Shown: positions 17,512 to 26,084 of the stretch, in pieces | How positions within the stretch are numbered: the first letter of the stretch is position 1 | How the letters are laid out: each line of letters opens with the position of its first letter | From: a virus | Taxonomy: Duplodnaviria > Caudoviricetes | DNA: 38,385 bases | IMG/VR virus record: IMGVR_UViG_3300033434_000395 | Coordinates: 1 to 38,385 of that record | Reading direction: 5' to 3' (one strand) | Made by a program: the position numbers and the translations under genes | The notes under the pieces: model-generated | What the model saw: only the letters and a program-made list of their open reading frames with translations | Told to the model about the DNA's origin: nothing | Database searches by the model: none

Positions 17512-18045
17512 ATGCGGAAATATTTGGCCGCGCTTGCCACGACCGTTTTCATGATTGCCGGGTGTTCTGACGGCACGCCCAACGTTTCGATAGGCGCCCC
17601 GCTAGACCAGTACATCAAAAGCATTGCACCCAATGTAAAGGAATTGCGGCTTCACCAAATGGCGGTCGGGACAGACGGTAAATTCAAGAAGGAAGGTGGT
17701 AAGGCCACCTATAACGTCGAGCTACATATCACCCAGCCATACCAGTGGGACAGCGCCCAGGACTGGAACAGTCTGGCCGGGCGCATTCACAAGACCGCAA
17801 AGCTTGCCTTTGAGCGTGATGACGTTGACCGGCTATGGGTGCGGGTGTTCGACAAATCCGGCGCAGACTGGGCGGTGCTGACCTATCACCGCAAGGAGCT
17901 GCCGCAGAACTTCAAGGAATTGAGTTATCAGGAATCCTTCGCTTTCGCCAATGCCGTGCCAGCGATTGTGCAGAGCCAGCGGCCGCTGTGTGAGTTTTAT
18001 GCCAAATATCAGTCAGCGCGACCACTCAAGAACCATGGGTGTTAA
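17512..18045 (+). CDS. Accessory lipoprotein
   Basis: SD GGAGG; MRKYLAALATTVFMIAG-C lipobox. Confidence 0.8.
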   Translation: MRKYLAALATTVFMIAGCSDGTPNVSIGAPLDQYIKSIAPNVKELRLHQMAVGTDGKFKKEGGKATYNVELHITQPYQWDSAQDWNSLAGRIHKTAKLAFERDDVDRLWVRVFDKSGADWAVLTYHRKELPQNFKELSYQESFAFANAVPAIVQSQRPLCEFYAKYQSARPLKNHGC

Positions 18046-18075
18046 TGTAATACAAACCATTGAAAGGAATTGTTG

Positions 18076-18948
18076 ATGAGCCGAAGCAGAACCATTCTGA
18101 TTGCAGCTTTGAATATTGCCATGCACAAGCCGCACTCTCCGAAGCGTTATGTTGAAATGTTCTTTGACGCCTACAAACTTGGCGCCAAGGTCAAACTCAG
18201 CAATGTCCACTACTCCGTGCTCGGATCGGCCTACCAAGAAAACCCAGATGACGCGCTGGATCCTATCAACGGTGAGATCTGGCGATTCGTAAAAATCGAT
18301 CCTAATGAAACGTGGTTTAACACAAGCACAAAAGACGTCGCAACAGAATCCGAGTTGCGAGAAGTCAGCATTCCTGATCACCTACTAGCCCATATGCAGC
18401 GGATCCCATATGTATTCCACCCCAAAACTCACCGGCTTTATTTCATCACAAAAGACGGGAAAACCAGCATGGGAGCAGGAACGCTAAAAAAAATACTCAA
18501 CAACATTTTGGGCCGCCTTGTAGCGGAAAAACGCTACCCGGAAATCGAAGTAACGGTCGTTCCAGAAGCTGAATCCGTTGAGCGAATCTTAAGCATGCCT
18601 TATCTGCAAAAATTGCATATTGAGTTAGTTCGCCCCAATGCGGATGACGGCGTCGATGAAGAAAGGAGATTCATGGAAAAAATGGCTAATGAGCGCGCAA
18701 AAAAGTACACCCAAAGCCTGATTTCCGAGCGGAACGGAAGCCTTGCGCCAGACGAACAGACCAAATCACTTGCGCGCATGGCGGCACATAATGGTAAAGT
18801 AGTAGGCGAAGGGCGTGACGCGACGGGTGGAAAATTGATTGAATCCACAACGCAGTCCCCGATGATTCAGTCGGCACTTGTTGACCCAAATATTGAATCA
18901 ACAAGGAATGTTTTGACACGCACGGCAACTCACCTTGACGCCGCATGA
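18076..18948 (+). CDS. DUF4747-like protein
   Basis: LNIAMHKPHSP..Y, G.IWRFVKID....WFN, FHPKTHRLYF and L.IELVRPNADD pattern recognised as DUF4747-like; SD AAAGGA; AT-richer than flanking phage genes. Confidence 0.72.
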   Translation: MSRSRTILIAALNIAMHKPHSPKRYVEMFFDAYKLGAKVKLSNVHYSVLGSAYQENPDDALDPINGEIWRFVKIDPNETWFNTSTKDVATESELREVSIPDHLLAHMQRIPYVFHPKTHRLYFITKDGKTSMGAGTLKKILNNILGRLVAEKRYPEIEVTVVPEAESVERILSMPYLQKLHIELVRPNADDGVDEERRFMEKMANERAKKYTQSLISERNGSLAPDEQTKSLARMAAHNGKVVGEGRDATGGKLIESTTQSPMIQSALVDPNIESTRNVLTRTATHLDAA

Positions 18949-19529
18949 CCAATGTAGAAAAAAAGTGGTTTGATCAATACTCTGGGGCATTTGAAAACAT
19001 CAAACGTTACTGGGGTGCATATGGCGGGCGCAGTGCTGTGCTGCGCTCACCATATTTTCATGCGGCGGTGCTACTTCTTCTCGTTACCTGGAATAGCTGG
19101 TCGCAACCTAAATGGTGGGAACAAGTCATTAGTGTCATGCCAAACTTGCTTGGGTTCACCTTGGGCGGGTTTGCAATATTCATCGGATTTGGTGATGAAA
19201 AATTTCGAGCTATTCTGGCCGAGCCTGATGAGGATAAAAACAAACCAACTATTTATGTTTCGTTGTGCGCGGCATTCGTGCATTTCATCCTTATTCAGTT
19301 GGCAGCCTTAATTTACGCCATCATTGTCGGCTCATTACATTTTTATGTGCCCTGGCCGACATTCGTTGAAAAACTGATCCCTTATCTAAATCTGTTATCC
19401 GGGTCGGTCGGCTTTTGCCTATTCCTTTATGCCCTCACGTCATTGGCTGCGGTAACAATGCACGTTTTCAGAATTGCGCATTTGTATTCCGTACACCAAA
19501 GATTCCGGCAGTCAGATACGACCGACTAG
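18945..19529 (+). CDS. Multi-pass membrane protein coupled to the DUF4747-like gene
   Basis: ATGA overlap; YW.AYGG..A.L.SPY and P.LLGFTLGGFAIF motifs; about 4 hydrophobic helices. Confidence 0.8.
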   Translation: MTNVEKKWFDQYSGAFENIKRYWGAYGGRSAVLRSPYFHAAVLLLLVTWNSWSQPKWWEQVISVMPNLLGFTLGGFAIFIGFGDEKFRAILAEPDEDKNKPTIYVSLCAAFVHFILIQLAALIYAIIVGSLHFYVPWPTFVEKLIPYLNLLSGSVGFCLFLYALTSLAAVTMHVFRIAHLYSVHQRFRQSDTTD

Positions 19530-19699
19530 CCGCTTCATATGAGAGCTTTTAATTTGGGTATCTAGCGCCTCAAAATTCGCAGCCTCGCGCGTCTACCCCA
19601 TCGTTCCTTGCCAGCGTCATATAAACATTTATAAAGCTATCCCCGCGCCATTCCAGCGCGCATCCTCCCGACCAAACTCCAGCGACACCCAAGCCAAAA

Positions 19700-19751
19700 G
19701 CTTTAAACCGCATTAAAAGATCGTTTCGCGCCTGCCCGGCAATATGGCGGC
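19700..19751 (+). promoter_or_regulatory. Late promoter 2 (head operon, P_I-like)
   Basis: GCTTTAAACCGCATTAAAAGA-N19-CAATAT-N6-ATG(19752). Confidence 0.82.
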
Positions 19752-20840
19752 ATGAATGCGAACCCAATCCACATTTTCAAGCCTGGCCGCCACACCACGA
19801 TGGCTGGCGAGGCGATTGAATTCACCGAAGCAGACCTTGCGGCCACAGCCAGCGCCTACGCGCCTGGCACGCATGAAGCGCCACTGGTGATTGGCCATCC
19901 TTCGACTGACGACCCGGCCCAAGGCTGGGTGGCTTCGCTTGCTGCCAATGCGCGCGGGCTGTTTGCCGTGCCGCGCGATGTGGCCCCGGCATTTGCCGAA
20001 CAGGTTGGCCAGCGCCGCTACGGCAAGGTGTCCGCCAAATTCTACCGTCCTGATTCACCCAACAACCCCGTGCCAGGCGTCTGGTATCTGCGCCACGTTG
20101 GTTTTCTTGGCGCACAGCCGCCCGGCGTGAAGGGGCTGGACGATCCCGCCTTTTCCGATGGCGACGATTGCGTGGCCTTTCAGGAGCCGGTTGCATTTGC
20201 CGATGCGCCCGCCTGGCCGGTGGCCGGTGCGTTGCGCCGCCTGCGTGACTGGCTGCTGGCGAAGTTTGGCGCTGAGGATGCCGACCAGGCATTGCCCGGC
20301 TGGTACGTCGAAGACGTTGAGGCGGCCGCTCGCAAAGACGATTTATCCCAACCGGCATTTGCCGAACCATTACGAAAAGCGACGGCGGACGCGAAAGGGA
20401 ATCCCGCCCAATCACCTGAGGAGAGCCATGAAGTGACCCCGGAACAGAAAGCCGCGCTGGAGGCAGAAAACGCCCAGCTGAAACAACAGATCGATGCGCT
20501 GCGCGCTGCACAGGCGAAGAAAGCAGCCGACGCGCGCCATGAAGATAACGCTGCATTTGCCGAGCAGCTGGTGGGCGAAGGCAGGCTGGCGCCGAAGCAC
20601 AAGGCTGCGCTGGTGGCCGCGCTGGACCAGGTCGGCGCGCCAGGCAGCGACGGCAAGGAAGTCGAGTTCGGCGAATGTGAAGACCGGCAGCCGCTTGGCA
20701 AAGCCTTGCGCGCCATGTTTGCCGACGCCCCGCCGGTGGTCGAATTCGGCGAATCAGCCACCAAGGAGCGCACTGCCACGCAATCGAAAACCAATCCGCT
20801 GCTGGCCGATGCTGAATCGCGTGCAGCGGCGCAACGATAG
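19752..20840 (+). CDS. Mu gpI-like prohead protease/scaffold
   Basis: IHIFKPG.H, APLVIGHP, YGKVSAKFY and YLRHVGFLGAQPP.VKGL motifs. Confidence 0.92.
   Translation: MNANPIHIFKPGRHTTMAGEAIEFTEADLAATASAYAPGTHEAPLVIGHPSTDDPAQGWVASLAANARGLFAVPRDVAPAFAEQVGQRRYGKVSAKFYRPDSPNNPVPGVWYLRHVGFLGAQPPGVKGLDDPAFSDGDDCVAFQEPVAFADAPAWPVAGALRRLRDWLLAKFGAEDADQALPGWYVEDVEAAARKDDLSQPAFAEPLRKATADAKGNPAQSPEESHEVTPEQKAALEAENAQLKQQIDALRAAQAKKAADARHEDNAAFAEQLVGEGRLAPKHKAALVAALDQVGAPGSDGKEVEFGECEDRQPLGKALRAMFADAPPVVEFGESATKERTATQSKTNPLLADAESRAAAQR
20433..20840 (+). CDS. In-frame scaffold protein (Mu gpZ-like) from an internal start
   Basis: SD GAGGAG (20418-20423) before in-frame GTG 20433; coiled coil VTPEQKAALEAENAQLK. 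Confidence 0.65.
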   Translation: MTPEQKAALEAENAQLKQQIDALRAAQAKKAADARHEDNAAFAEQLVGEGRLAPKHKAALVAALDQVGAPGSDGKEVEFGECEDRQPLGKALRAMFADAPPVVEFGESATKERTATQSKTNPLLADAESRAAAQR

Positions 20841-20849
20841 GAGCAAACG

Positions 20850-21218
20850 ATGGCGACATTTGAACAGCCCAAAACCATCAGCGATCTGCTGCTGACCGAA
20901 GTCAAGCCGGGATGGACGAAAGACAAGGCCGATTTTGCCGCCGGTGCGGAATACCCGCTCGGCACCGTACTGGCCAAGGTGTCCGGCAAGTACCAGGCGC
21001 TTAATCCGGCCGGCGAAGGCGACGCCAAGGTGGCGCATGCCGTGGCGGCTGAAGACGTGGACGCGCTGACTGCCATCACGAAAGGCACCGTCATCGCTCG
21101 CGGTGCCGCAGTCGAATCGACGGCGCTGGTCTGGCCGGCCGGCGCGACCGACGCGCAGAAAGCAGCGGCAATTGATGAACTGAACGCGCGCGGCATCGTT
21201 GTGCGCGCTGCCCTGTAA
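20850..21218 (+). CDS. Head decoration protein (lambda gpD-like)
   Basis: GTVLAKV..GKY, VIARGA.V....LVWP and L.ARGIVVR motifs; directly upstream of the capsid gene. Confidence 0.85.
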   Translation: MATFEQPKTISDLLLTEVKPGWTKDKADFAAGAEYPLGTVLAKVSGKYQALNPAGEGDAKVAHAVAAEDVDALTAITKGTVIARGAAVESTALVWPAGATDAQKAAAIDELNARGIVVRAAL

Positions 21219-21233
21219 CCAAAGGAGAACTGC

Positions 21234-22214
21234 ATGAATCTGGAAGACCTTTTCACAGTTGCCACGCTCACGGCAGCCATCAACAAGCTGCCCGCCGTGC
21301 CAGGCAAAATCGGGGCAACCGGCTTGTTCCAGGAGCGAGGCATTGCCACCACGACGGTTGTCATCGACGAACGCGAAGGCCGCCTGGTTTTGGTGCCGAA
21401 TACCTCGCGCAGCGACGACCCGGCGCCGGTCAAGGGTGATAAGCGCAAGCGACGCACATTCGAGACGCTGCATTTGCCGCTCTCTGCGCAACTGCTACCA
21501 TCGGATCTGCAAAATCTTGCGCCATTTGGCCAGGAAGGCGTGCAAAACCAGCAAGCCACGGTCATCAATGACAAGCTGCAAGGCCTGAAGAACAGCATTG
21601 AGGCCACGCGCGAATTCCAGCGTGTCGGCGCGTTGCGCGGCGAACTGCTCGATGCAGATGGCAAGGTGATTTACAACTTGTTCGATGAATTTGGCGTCAC
21701 GAAAAAGAGCATCAACATCGCGTTCGGCACGAATGCGACCGATGTGCGCAAGCTCTGCCTGGATGCCAAGCGGCACGCGGAAAAAAAGCTCAACGGAGTA
21801 ATGGTGACCGGCTTCCGAGCCTACTGCGGCTCGGATTTCTTCGATAAGCTGACTAGTCACGAAACCGTGAAAGCCGCCTATGCTGGCTATCAGGAAGCGC
21901 AAGATCGGCTTGGCGGCGACATGCGCAAAGGTTTCCGCTATGGTGACATCGAGTTCATTGAGTACGATGCCGAGGTGTCTGGCCAGAAGTTCATTCCGGC
22001 CGACGTTGCACAGGTGTTCCCGGTTGCCACGGGTGTGTTCCAGATGGTCAACGCTCCGGCGAACTACAACGAAACGGTCAACACCCTCGGTCAGGCGTAT
22101 TACGCCAAAGCCGAGCCGCGCAAGATGGGCAAAGGCTGGGATCTGGAAGCGCAGGCCAACCCGCTGGCGTTGTGTCTGTACCCGGAAGCGCTGGTTGAGC
22201 TGAAGGCGGCATAA
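21234..22214 (+). CDS. Major capsid protein (lambda gpE-type)
   Basis: LTAAINKLP, IEATREFQRVGALRG, APANYNETVNTLG and QANPLALC..PEALV motifs. Confidence 0.9.
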   Translation: MNLEDLFTVATLTAAINKLPAVPGKIGATGLFQERGIATTTVVIDEREGRLVLVPNTSRSDDPAPVKGDKRKRRTFETLHLPLSAQLLPSDLQNLAPFGQEGVQNQQATVINDKLQGLKNSIEATREFQRVGALRGELLDADGKVIYNLFDEFGVTKKSINIAFGTNATDVRKLCLDAKRHAEKKLNGVMVTGFRAYCGSDFFDKLTSHETVKAAYAGYQEAQDRLGGDMRKGFRYGDIEFIEYDAEVSGQKFIPADVAQVFPVATGVFQMVNAPANYNETVNTLGQAYYAKAEPRKMGKGWDLEAQANPLALCLYPEALVELKAA

Positions 22215-22219
22215 CGGCC

Positions 22220-22654
22220 ATGCGCTACTGCACCCTCGCCGACCTGCAGTTGGCCATCCCGGCACAAACGCTGGTGTGGCTGTCGAATGACGATTCCGAA
22301 GCCGCCGCAATCAACGAAGCTGTGGTATCGGAAGCCGTCACACAGGCCGAGGAACTGGTGGATGCGCACCTGCGTGGGCGCTACAACCTGCCGCTGGAGC
22401 CAGTGCCATCTGCCGTGAAAAACATGACGGTCAATCTGGCTCGGCACTGGCTGTATGCACGCAGGCCAGAAGGCAGCGACCTGCCGGATGCCGTCACCCG
22501 CACCTACAAATCAGCCATGCAGATGCTGGAATCCATCCGCGACGGCAAGCTGACCATTGGCGCGCCGACCGGAGAAGCAACACCAGAGCCGGGCGAAATG
22601 AAGATGCGCGCAAACCAGCGCGTTTTCTCGACCAAGCTGCTGGAGCGTTACTGA
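22220..22654 (+). CDS. Mu gp36-like head-tail adaptor (DUF1320)
   Basis: YCTLADL, VDAHLRGRYNLPL and LARHWLYARR motifs. Confidence 0.88.
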   Translation: MRYCTLADLQLAIPAQTLVWLSNDDSEAAAINEAVVSEAVTQAEELVDAHLRGRYNLPLEPVPSAVKNMTVNLARHWLYARRPEGSDLPDAVTRTYKSAMQMLESIRDGKLTIGAPTGEATPEPGEMKMRANQRVFSTKLLERY

Positions 22655-23118
22655 TGGCCACCACTCTGCAAATGATTGAGGCCGTGGTGCAGCGCCTGAA
22701 GGCGAAATTTCCGGCACTAGCGGTCGAGTACTTCCCGGACAAACCGGATGAATACCGGCTGAACCATCCGAAGGGCGCGCTGCTGGTGAGCTATTCCGGC
22801 GGAAAATTTGGCGAATCGATTGATGTGACCTACATCGCGCAACCGCGTGATGTGGAAATCACCATCACGGTCGTCATGCGACAGTTGAACGGGCGCGGCG
22901 GTGCGGTGGACGTACTGGATCTGGTGCGCACTGCACTGCTGGGTTTTCGCATGCCAGATTGCCGAAAAATGCGCGCCACCGATGAAAAATTCCTGGGCGA
23001 AACCGCTGGCCTGTGGCAGTACGTTGTGGATTTTTCTGCCGAAGCCATGCTGGTGGAAGACGCCGAAGGCGATGGCGGGCCGCTTTTGACAACAGTTAAT
23101 TATGAGGAGGCATCTTAA
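22654..23118 (+). CDS. Gp37-like tail completion/terminator protein
   Basis: VEYFPDKPDEYRL.HPKGALLVSY.G and GLWQY motifs; position. Confidence 0.8.
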   Translation: MATTLQMIEAVVQRLKAKFPALAVEYFPDKPDEYRLNHPKGALLVSYSGGKFGESIDVTYIAQPRDVEITITVVMRQLNGRGGAVDVLDLVRTALLGFRMPDCRKMRATDEKFLGETAGLWQYVVDFSAEAMLVEDAEGDGGPLLTTVNYEEAS

Positions 23119-23331
23119 ATGGCTAAATATCTGTACAGCGGCCCAACATCCGGCGTTACGCTGAATGTTAGCGGCAAGCCGCAGGAAGTGATGTTGCACA
23201 CCGGCAAGGAAGTGGAACTGCCGGAGGACAATGGGTACGTCGGCACGCTGCTGGCGCTTGGGCACCTGACCATCGTTGCAGCAAAACCGGCGGCAACCAC
23301 CGCAACCAATAAACCGGCCAAGGAGGCATAA
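23119..23331 (+). CDS. Small conserved protein before the sheath gene
   Basis: SD GAGGAGG; YLYSGPTSGVTL...LPED..YV.TL.A.GHL. Confidence 0.75.
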   Translation: MAKYLYSGPTSGVTLNVSGKPQEVMLHTGKEVELPEDNGYVGTLLALGHLTIVAAKPAATTATNKPAKEA

Positions 23332-24765
23332 ATGGCTGCAAACTATTTGCACGGCGTTGAAACGATCGAAATCGAGAACGGGCCACGGCCGGTCAAGACC
23401 GTCAAATCGGCGGTCATCGGCCTGATCGGCACCGCACCGATGGGCGACGTGAACGTGCCGACGCTGGTGCTGTCCGAAAAAAGTGCTGCCCAGTTTGGCG
23501 ATCAGCTACCTGGCTTCACCATTCCGCAGGCGCTGGACGCCATCTATGATCACGGCGCTGGAACGGTGATCGTGATCAACGTACTCGACCCGGATGTGCA
23601 CAAAACCAGTGTGCCGGATGAGTCCGTTACTTTCGACGCCAGCACCGGCATCGCATATCTGGAAAACGGTGCGGCGGCCAATCTGGTGCTGAAAAGTGCC
23701 GACGGCAGCAAGACATATGCGAAGGACACCGATTACACCTTCACGCCGCTCACCAGCAAGATTGTGCGCCTTGGTAGCGGCACAATCCCTGCAGGCGCAA
23801 CGGTCGGTAAAGCGACCTACGATTATGCTGACCCGACCAAGGTGACGGCGGCTGACATCATCGGCGCGGTGAATGCCGCTGGCAACCGCACCGGCATGAA
23901 GGCGCTGAGCGACACCTATAACCGGTACGGCCTGTTTGCCAAGATTTTGATCGCCCCGGCGTTTTGCACGCAGAATTCGGTCGCGGTCGAGTTGATTGCG
24001 ACGGCCGAAAAGCTGGGCGCCATGACATACATCGACGCACCGATCGGCACTACGTTTGCACAGGCGATTGCCGGTCGTGGCCCCGCCGGCACAATCAATT
24101 TCAACACCAGTAGCGACCGCGTGCGCCTGTGCTTCCCGCACGTGAAAGTTTACGATGCGAAGACGGGCGCAGACCGGCTTGAACCGCTATCTCAGCGCGC
24201 CGCTGGCCTGCGCGCCAAGGTGGACATCGAAAAAGGCTTCTGGTGGTCCAGCTCGAACCAGGAGCTGCTTGGCATCACTGGCGTCGAACGCCAGCTGTCG
24301 GCGATGATCGACGATCCGCAATCCGAGGTGAACATGCTCAACGAAGTGGGCATCACTACGGTATTTAACAGCTACGGCAGCGGCTACCGGCTATGGGGCA
24401 ATCGTAGCGCCGCTTGGCCAACCGTCACCCACATGCGCAATTTCGAGAACGTGCGCCGCACTGGTGACATGATCAATGAATCGATACGATACAACAGCTT
24501 GCAGTACACCGACATGCCGATCAACCAGGCGCTGATCGATGCGCTAGTTGAATCTGAAAATAGCTACGGCCGCAAGCTGATCGGCGACGGGGCGCTGCTT
24601 GGCTTCAAGGCATGGTTCGACCCGGCGCGGAATGAAGAAACAGAACTCGCGGCGGGCCACCTGCTGATCAGCTACAGGTACACCGTCCCGCCGCCGATGG
24701 AACGGCTGACACAAGAGACCGAAATCACCTCGGAATACCTGACCACGCTGAAAGGGACTAAATAA
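23332..24765 (+). CDS. Tail sheath protein (P2 FI-like)
   Basis: YLHGVETIE, SAVIGLIGTAP, ILIAP and GYRLWGNRS motifs. Confidence 0.95.
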   Translation: MAANYLHGVETIEIENGPRPVKTVKSAVIGLIGTAPMGDVNVPTLVLSEKSAAQFGDQLPGFTIPQALDAIYDHGAGTVIVINVLDPDVHKTSVPDESVTFDASTGIAYLENGAAANLVLKSADGSKTYAKDTDYTFTPLTSKIVRLGSGTIPAGATVGKATYDYADPTKVTAADIIGAVNAAGNRTGMKALSDTYNRYGLFAKILIAPAFCTQNSVAVELIATAEKLGAMTYIDAPIGTTFAQAIAGRGPAGTINFNTSSDRVRLCFPHVKVYDAKTGADRLEPLSQRAAGLRAKVDIEKGFWWSSSNQELLGITGVERQLSAMIDDPQSEVNMLNEVGITTVFNSYGSGYRLWGNRSAAWPTVTHMRNFENVRRTGDMINESIRYNSLQYTDMPINQALIDALVESENSYGRKLIGDGALLGFKAWFDPARNEETELAAGHLLISYRYTVPPPMERLTQETEITSEYLTTLKGTK

Positions 24766-25289
24766 TGGCTGGCAAAATTGGTATCAACCGCATCACGAAT
24801 GCCAACATTTATATTGACGGCAATTCGATGCTCGGGCGCGCCGAGGAAATCAAGCTGCCGGATATTACCGTGATGATGGCAGAGCACAAGGCACTGGGCA
24901 TGGTCGGCAAGATCGAATTACCCTCCGGCTTCGACAAGCTCGAGGGCGAGATCAAGTGGAACTCGCTGTATCGCGAAGTGGCGGCGAAAGTGGCCAACCC
25001 GTACAAGGCCGTGCAGCTGCAATGCCGATCGAACGTTGAAACCTATGGCTCGCAGGGGCGCGTGGAAGAAGTCAGCCTGGTCACGCACCTGACGGTGATG
25101 TTCAAGAAAAACCCGATGGGAACTTTCAAGCAGCATGACAACGCTGAGTTCCCCAGTCAGTTCGTCGCCACGTACATCAAGCAGCAAATCAACGGCGAAG
25201 ACATCCTTGAATTGGATTACATGGCGAATATTTTCATCGTGGGCGGTGAAGATCAGCTGGCCAGCTATCGCGCAAGCATCGGCGGATAG
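24765..25289 (+). CDS. Tail tube protein (P2 FII-like)
   Basis: NANIYIDG...LGRAEEIKLP, ELDYMANIFIVGGEDQLA.YR..IGG motifs. Confidence 0.93.
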   Translation: MAGKIGINRITNANIYIDGNSMLGRAEEIKLPDITVMMAEHKALGMVGKIELPSGFDKLEGEIKWNSLYREVAAKVANPYKAVQLQCRSNVETYGSQGRVEEVSLVTHLTVMFKKNPMGTFKQHDNAEFPSQFVATYIKQQINGEDILELDYMANIFIVGGEDQLASYRASIGG

Positions 25290-25314
25290 CCGAGGCTATC
25301 ATCTCCTACTCCAC

Positions 25315-25344
25315 AAAGCCGCCCTCCGGGGCGGTTTTTGTTTT
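25315..25344 (+). terminator. Rho-independent terminator after the tube gene
   Basis: AAAG-CCGCCC-TCCG-GGGCGG-TTTTTGTTTT. Confidence 0.85.
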
Positions 25345-25392
25345 AAAGACGGTTAAAAGACTTCATTGCCTTACGCTGCGAAACTGGCTTCA
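25340..25392 (+). promoter_or_regulatory. Late promoter 3 (tail chaperone/tape-measure operon)
   Basis: GTTTTAAAGACGGTTAAAAGA-N19-GAAACT, followed by a leader with SD AAGGAGG; overlaps the terminator T-tract. Confidence 0.8.
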
Positions 25393-25410
25393 GTCAACCA
25401 AGGAGGCCAT

Positions 25411-25749
25411 ATGGGCAACACAAATTACGCAGCAAAAATTGACCTTGATTACCCGCTGAACACACCATCCGGCGCGGTATCAACGATTACGCTCAGGCGC
25501 GGCAAGGCAAAAGATGTTTCCGCAGCGCAGCGAATCGAACCGAACGACCCGGCCCGGCGCGAACTGGTGCTTATTTCCCTGCTCACGCAAGAAAAACTGA
25601 CCGTTGAAGACATCGAGGAACTGGATTTGGCCGATCTGGCTGAAGTCCAGTCCAAATTTCAGGGATTGTTCGTGCGAGGCGCTCGACAGCAAAACGCTGT
25701 GGGAAATGAAGGCGCTGCTGGCCCGGTGGTTCCGGTTCCAACCGTCTGA
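25411..25749 (+). CDS. Tail assembly chaperone (P2 gpE / FluMu gp41-like)
   Basis: LDYPL...ITLRRGKAKD...EDIEELDLAD; located between tube and tape measure. Confidence 0.85.
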   Translation: MGNTNYAAKIDLDYPLNTPSGAVSTITLRRGKAKDVSAAQRIEPNDPARRELVLISLLTQEKLTVEDIEELDLADLAEVQSKFQGLFVRGARQQNAVGNEGAAGPVVPVPTV

Positions 25750-25831
25750 GATTGACGAACTGGATTGCCAGGATATGGTGCAGTGGTGCGAAATTGCAGT
25801 AGAGCAAATCAAGCAACAGGCTGCCACGTAA
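25658..25831 (+). CDS. Chaperone extension (gpE'-like), probably reached by frameshift
   Basis: Overlapping +1 frame encodes LLARWFRFQPSEIDELD...W, typical of gpE' C-terminal segments; 5' boundary uncertain. Confidence 0.7.
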   Translation, partial: FRDCSCEALDSKTLWEMKALLARWFRFQPSEIDELDCQDMVQWCEIAVEQIKQQAAT

Positions 25832-26084
25832 CCCCAAGTTTACGCGCCGCCCACGCATATGGTTCCGGGAAAAAGCGCATGACCAAGTGTGACAACGGGC
25901 TGGCTAACAGCCCCGCCAGCGAGTAGAACACGGCTGCACCGATCGGGTTATCAATAATGCTGTGCGGATCATTGACGCATACAGCCACAAGAATTACCAG
26001 CGTCGTGGCCAGCCAATGCCAGCCATGACGCAACTCCCCGGCATCTTTCAGGGAGCGATCATAATCTTTGCGGGATTCGTCCAT
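25809..26084 (-). CDS. Small antisense membrane protein (moron-like)
   Basis: 91-aa ORF with two hydrophobic segments, exactly filling the gap between chaperone and tape measure. Confidence 0.55.
   Translation of the reverse strand: MDESRKDYDRSLKDAGELRHGWHWLATTLVILVAVCVNDPHSIIDNPIGAAVFYSLAGLLASPLSHLVMRFFPEPYAWAARKLGVTWQPVA

Noticed and set aside
16270-19529. Anti-CRISPR (acr/aca) locus, given the position upstream of the protease gene
   Set aside because: No small acidic acr-like ORFs followed by an aca HTH gene; the genes are membrane, lipoprotein or larger proteins.
20180-21664. 494-aa minus-strand ORF (also 19822-20859 plus, 2173-3306 plus, 9137-10186 plus, 26589-27350 minus)
   Set aside because: Shadow frames of well-supported genes in GC-rich DNA, with no recognisable motifs.
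25285-25300. GATAGCC-GA-GGCTATC hairpin over the tube stop codon
   Set aside because: No U-tract; the adjacent 25315-25344 hairpin already explains termination.
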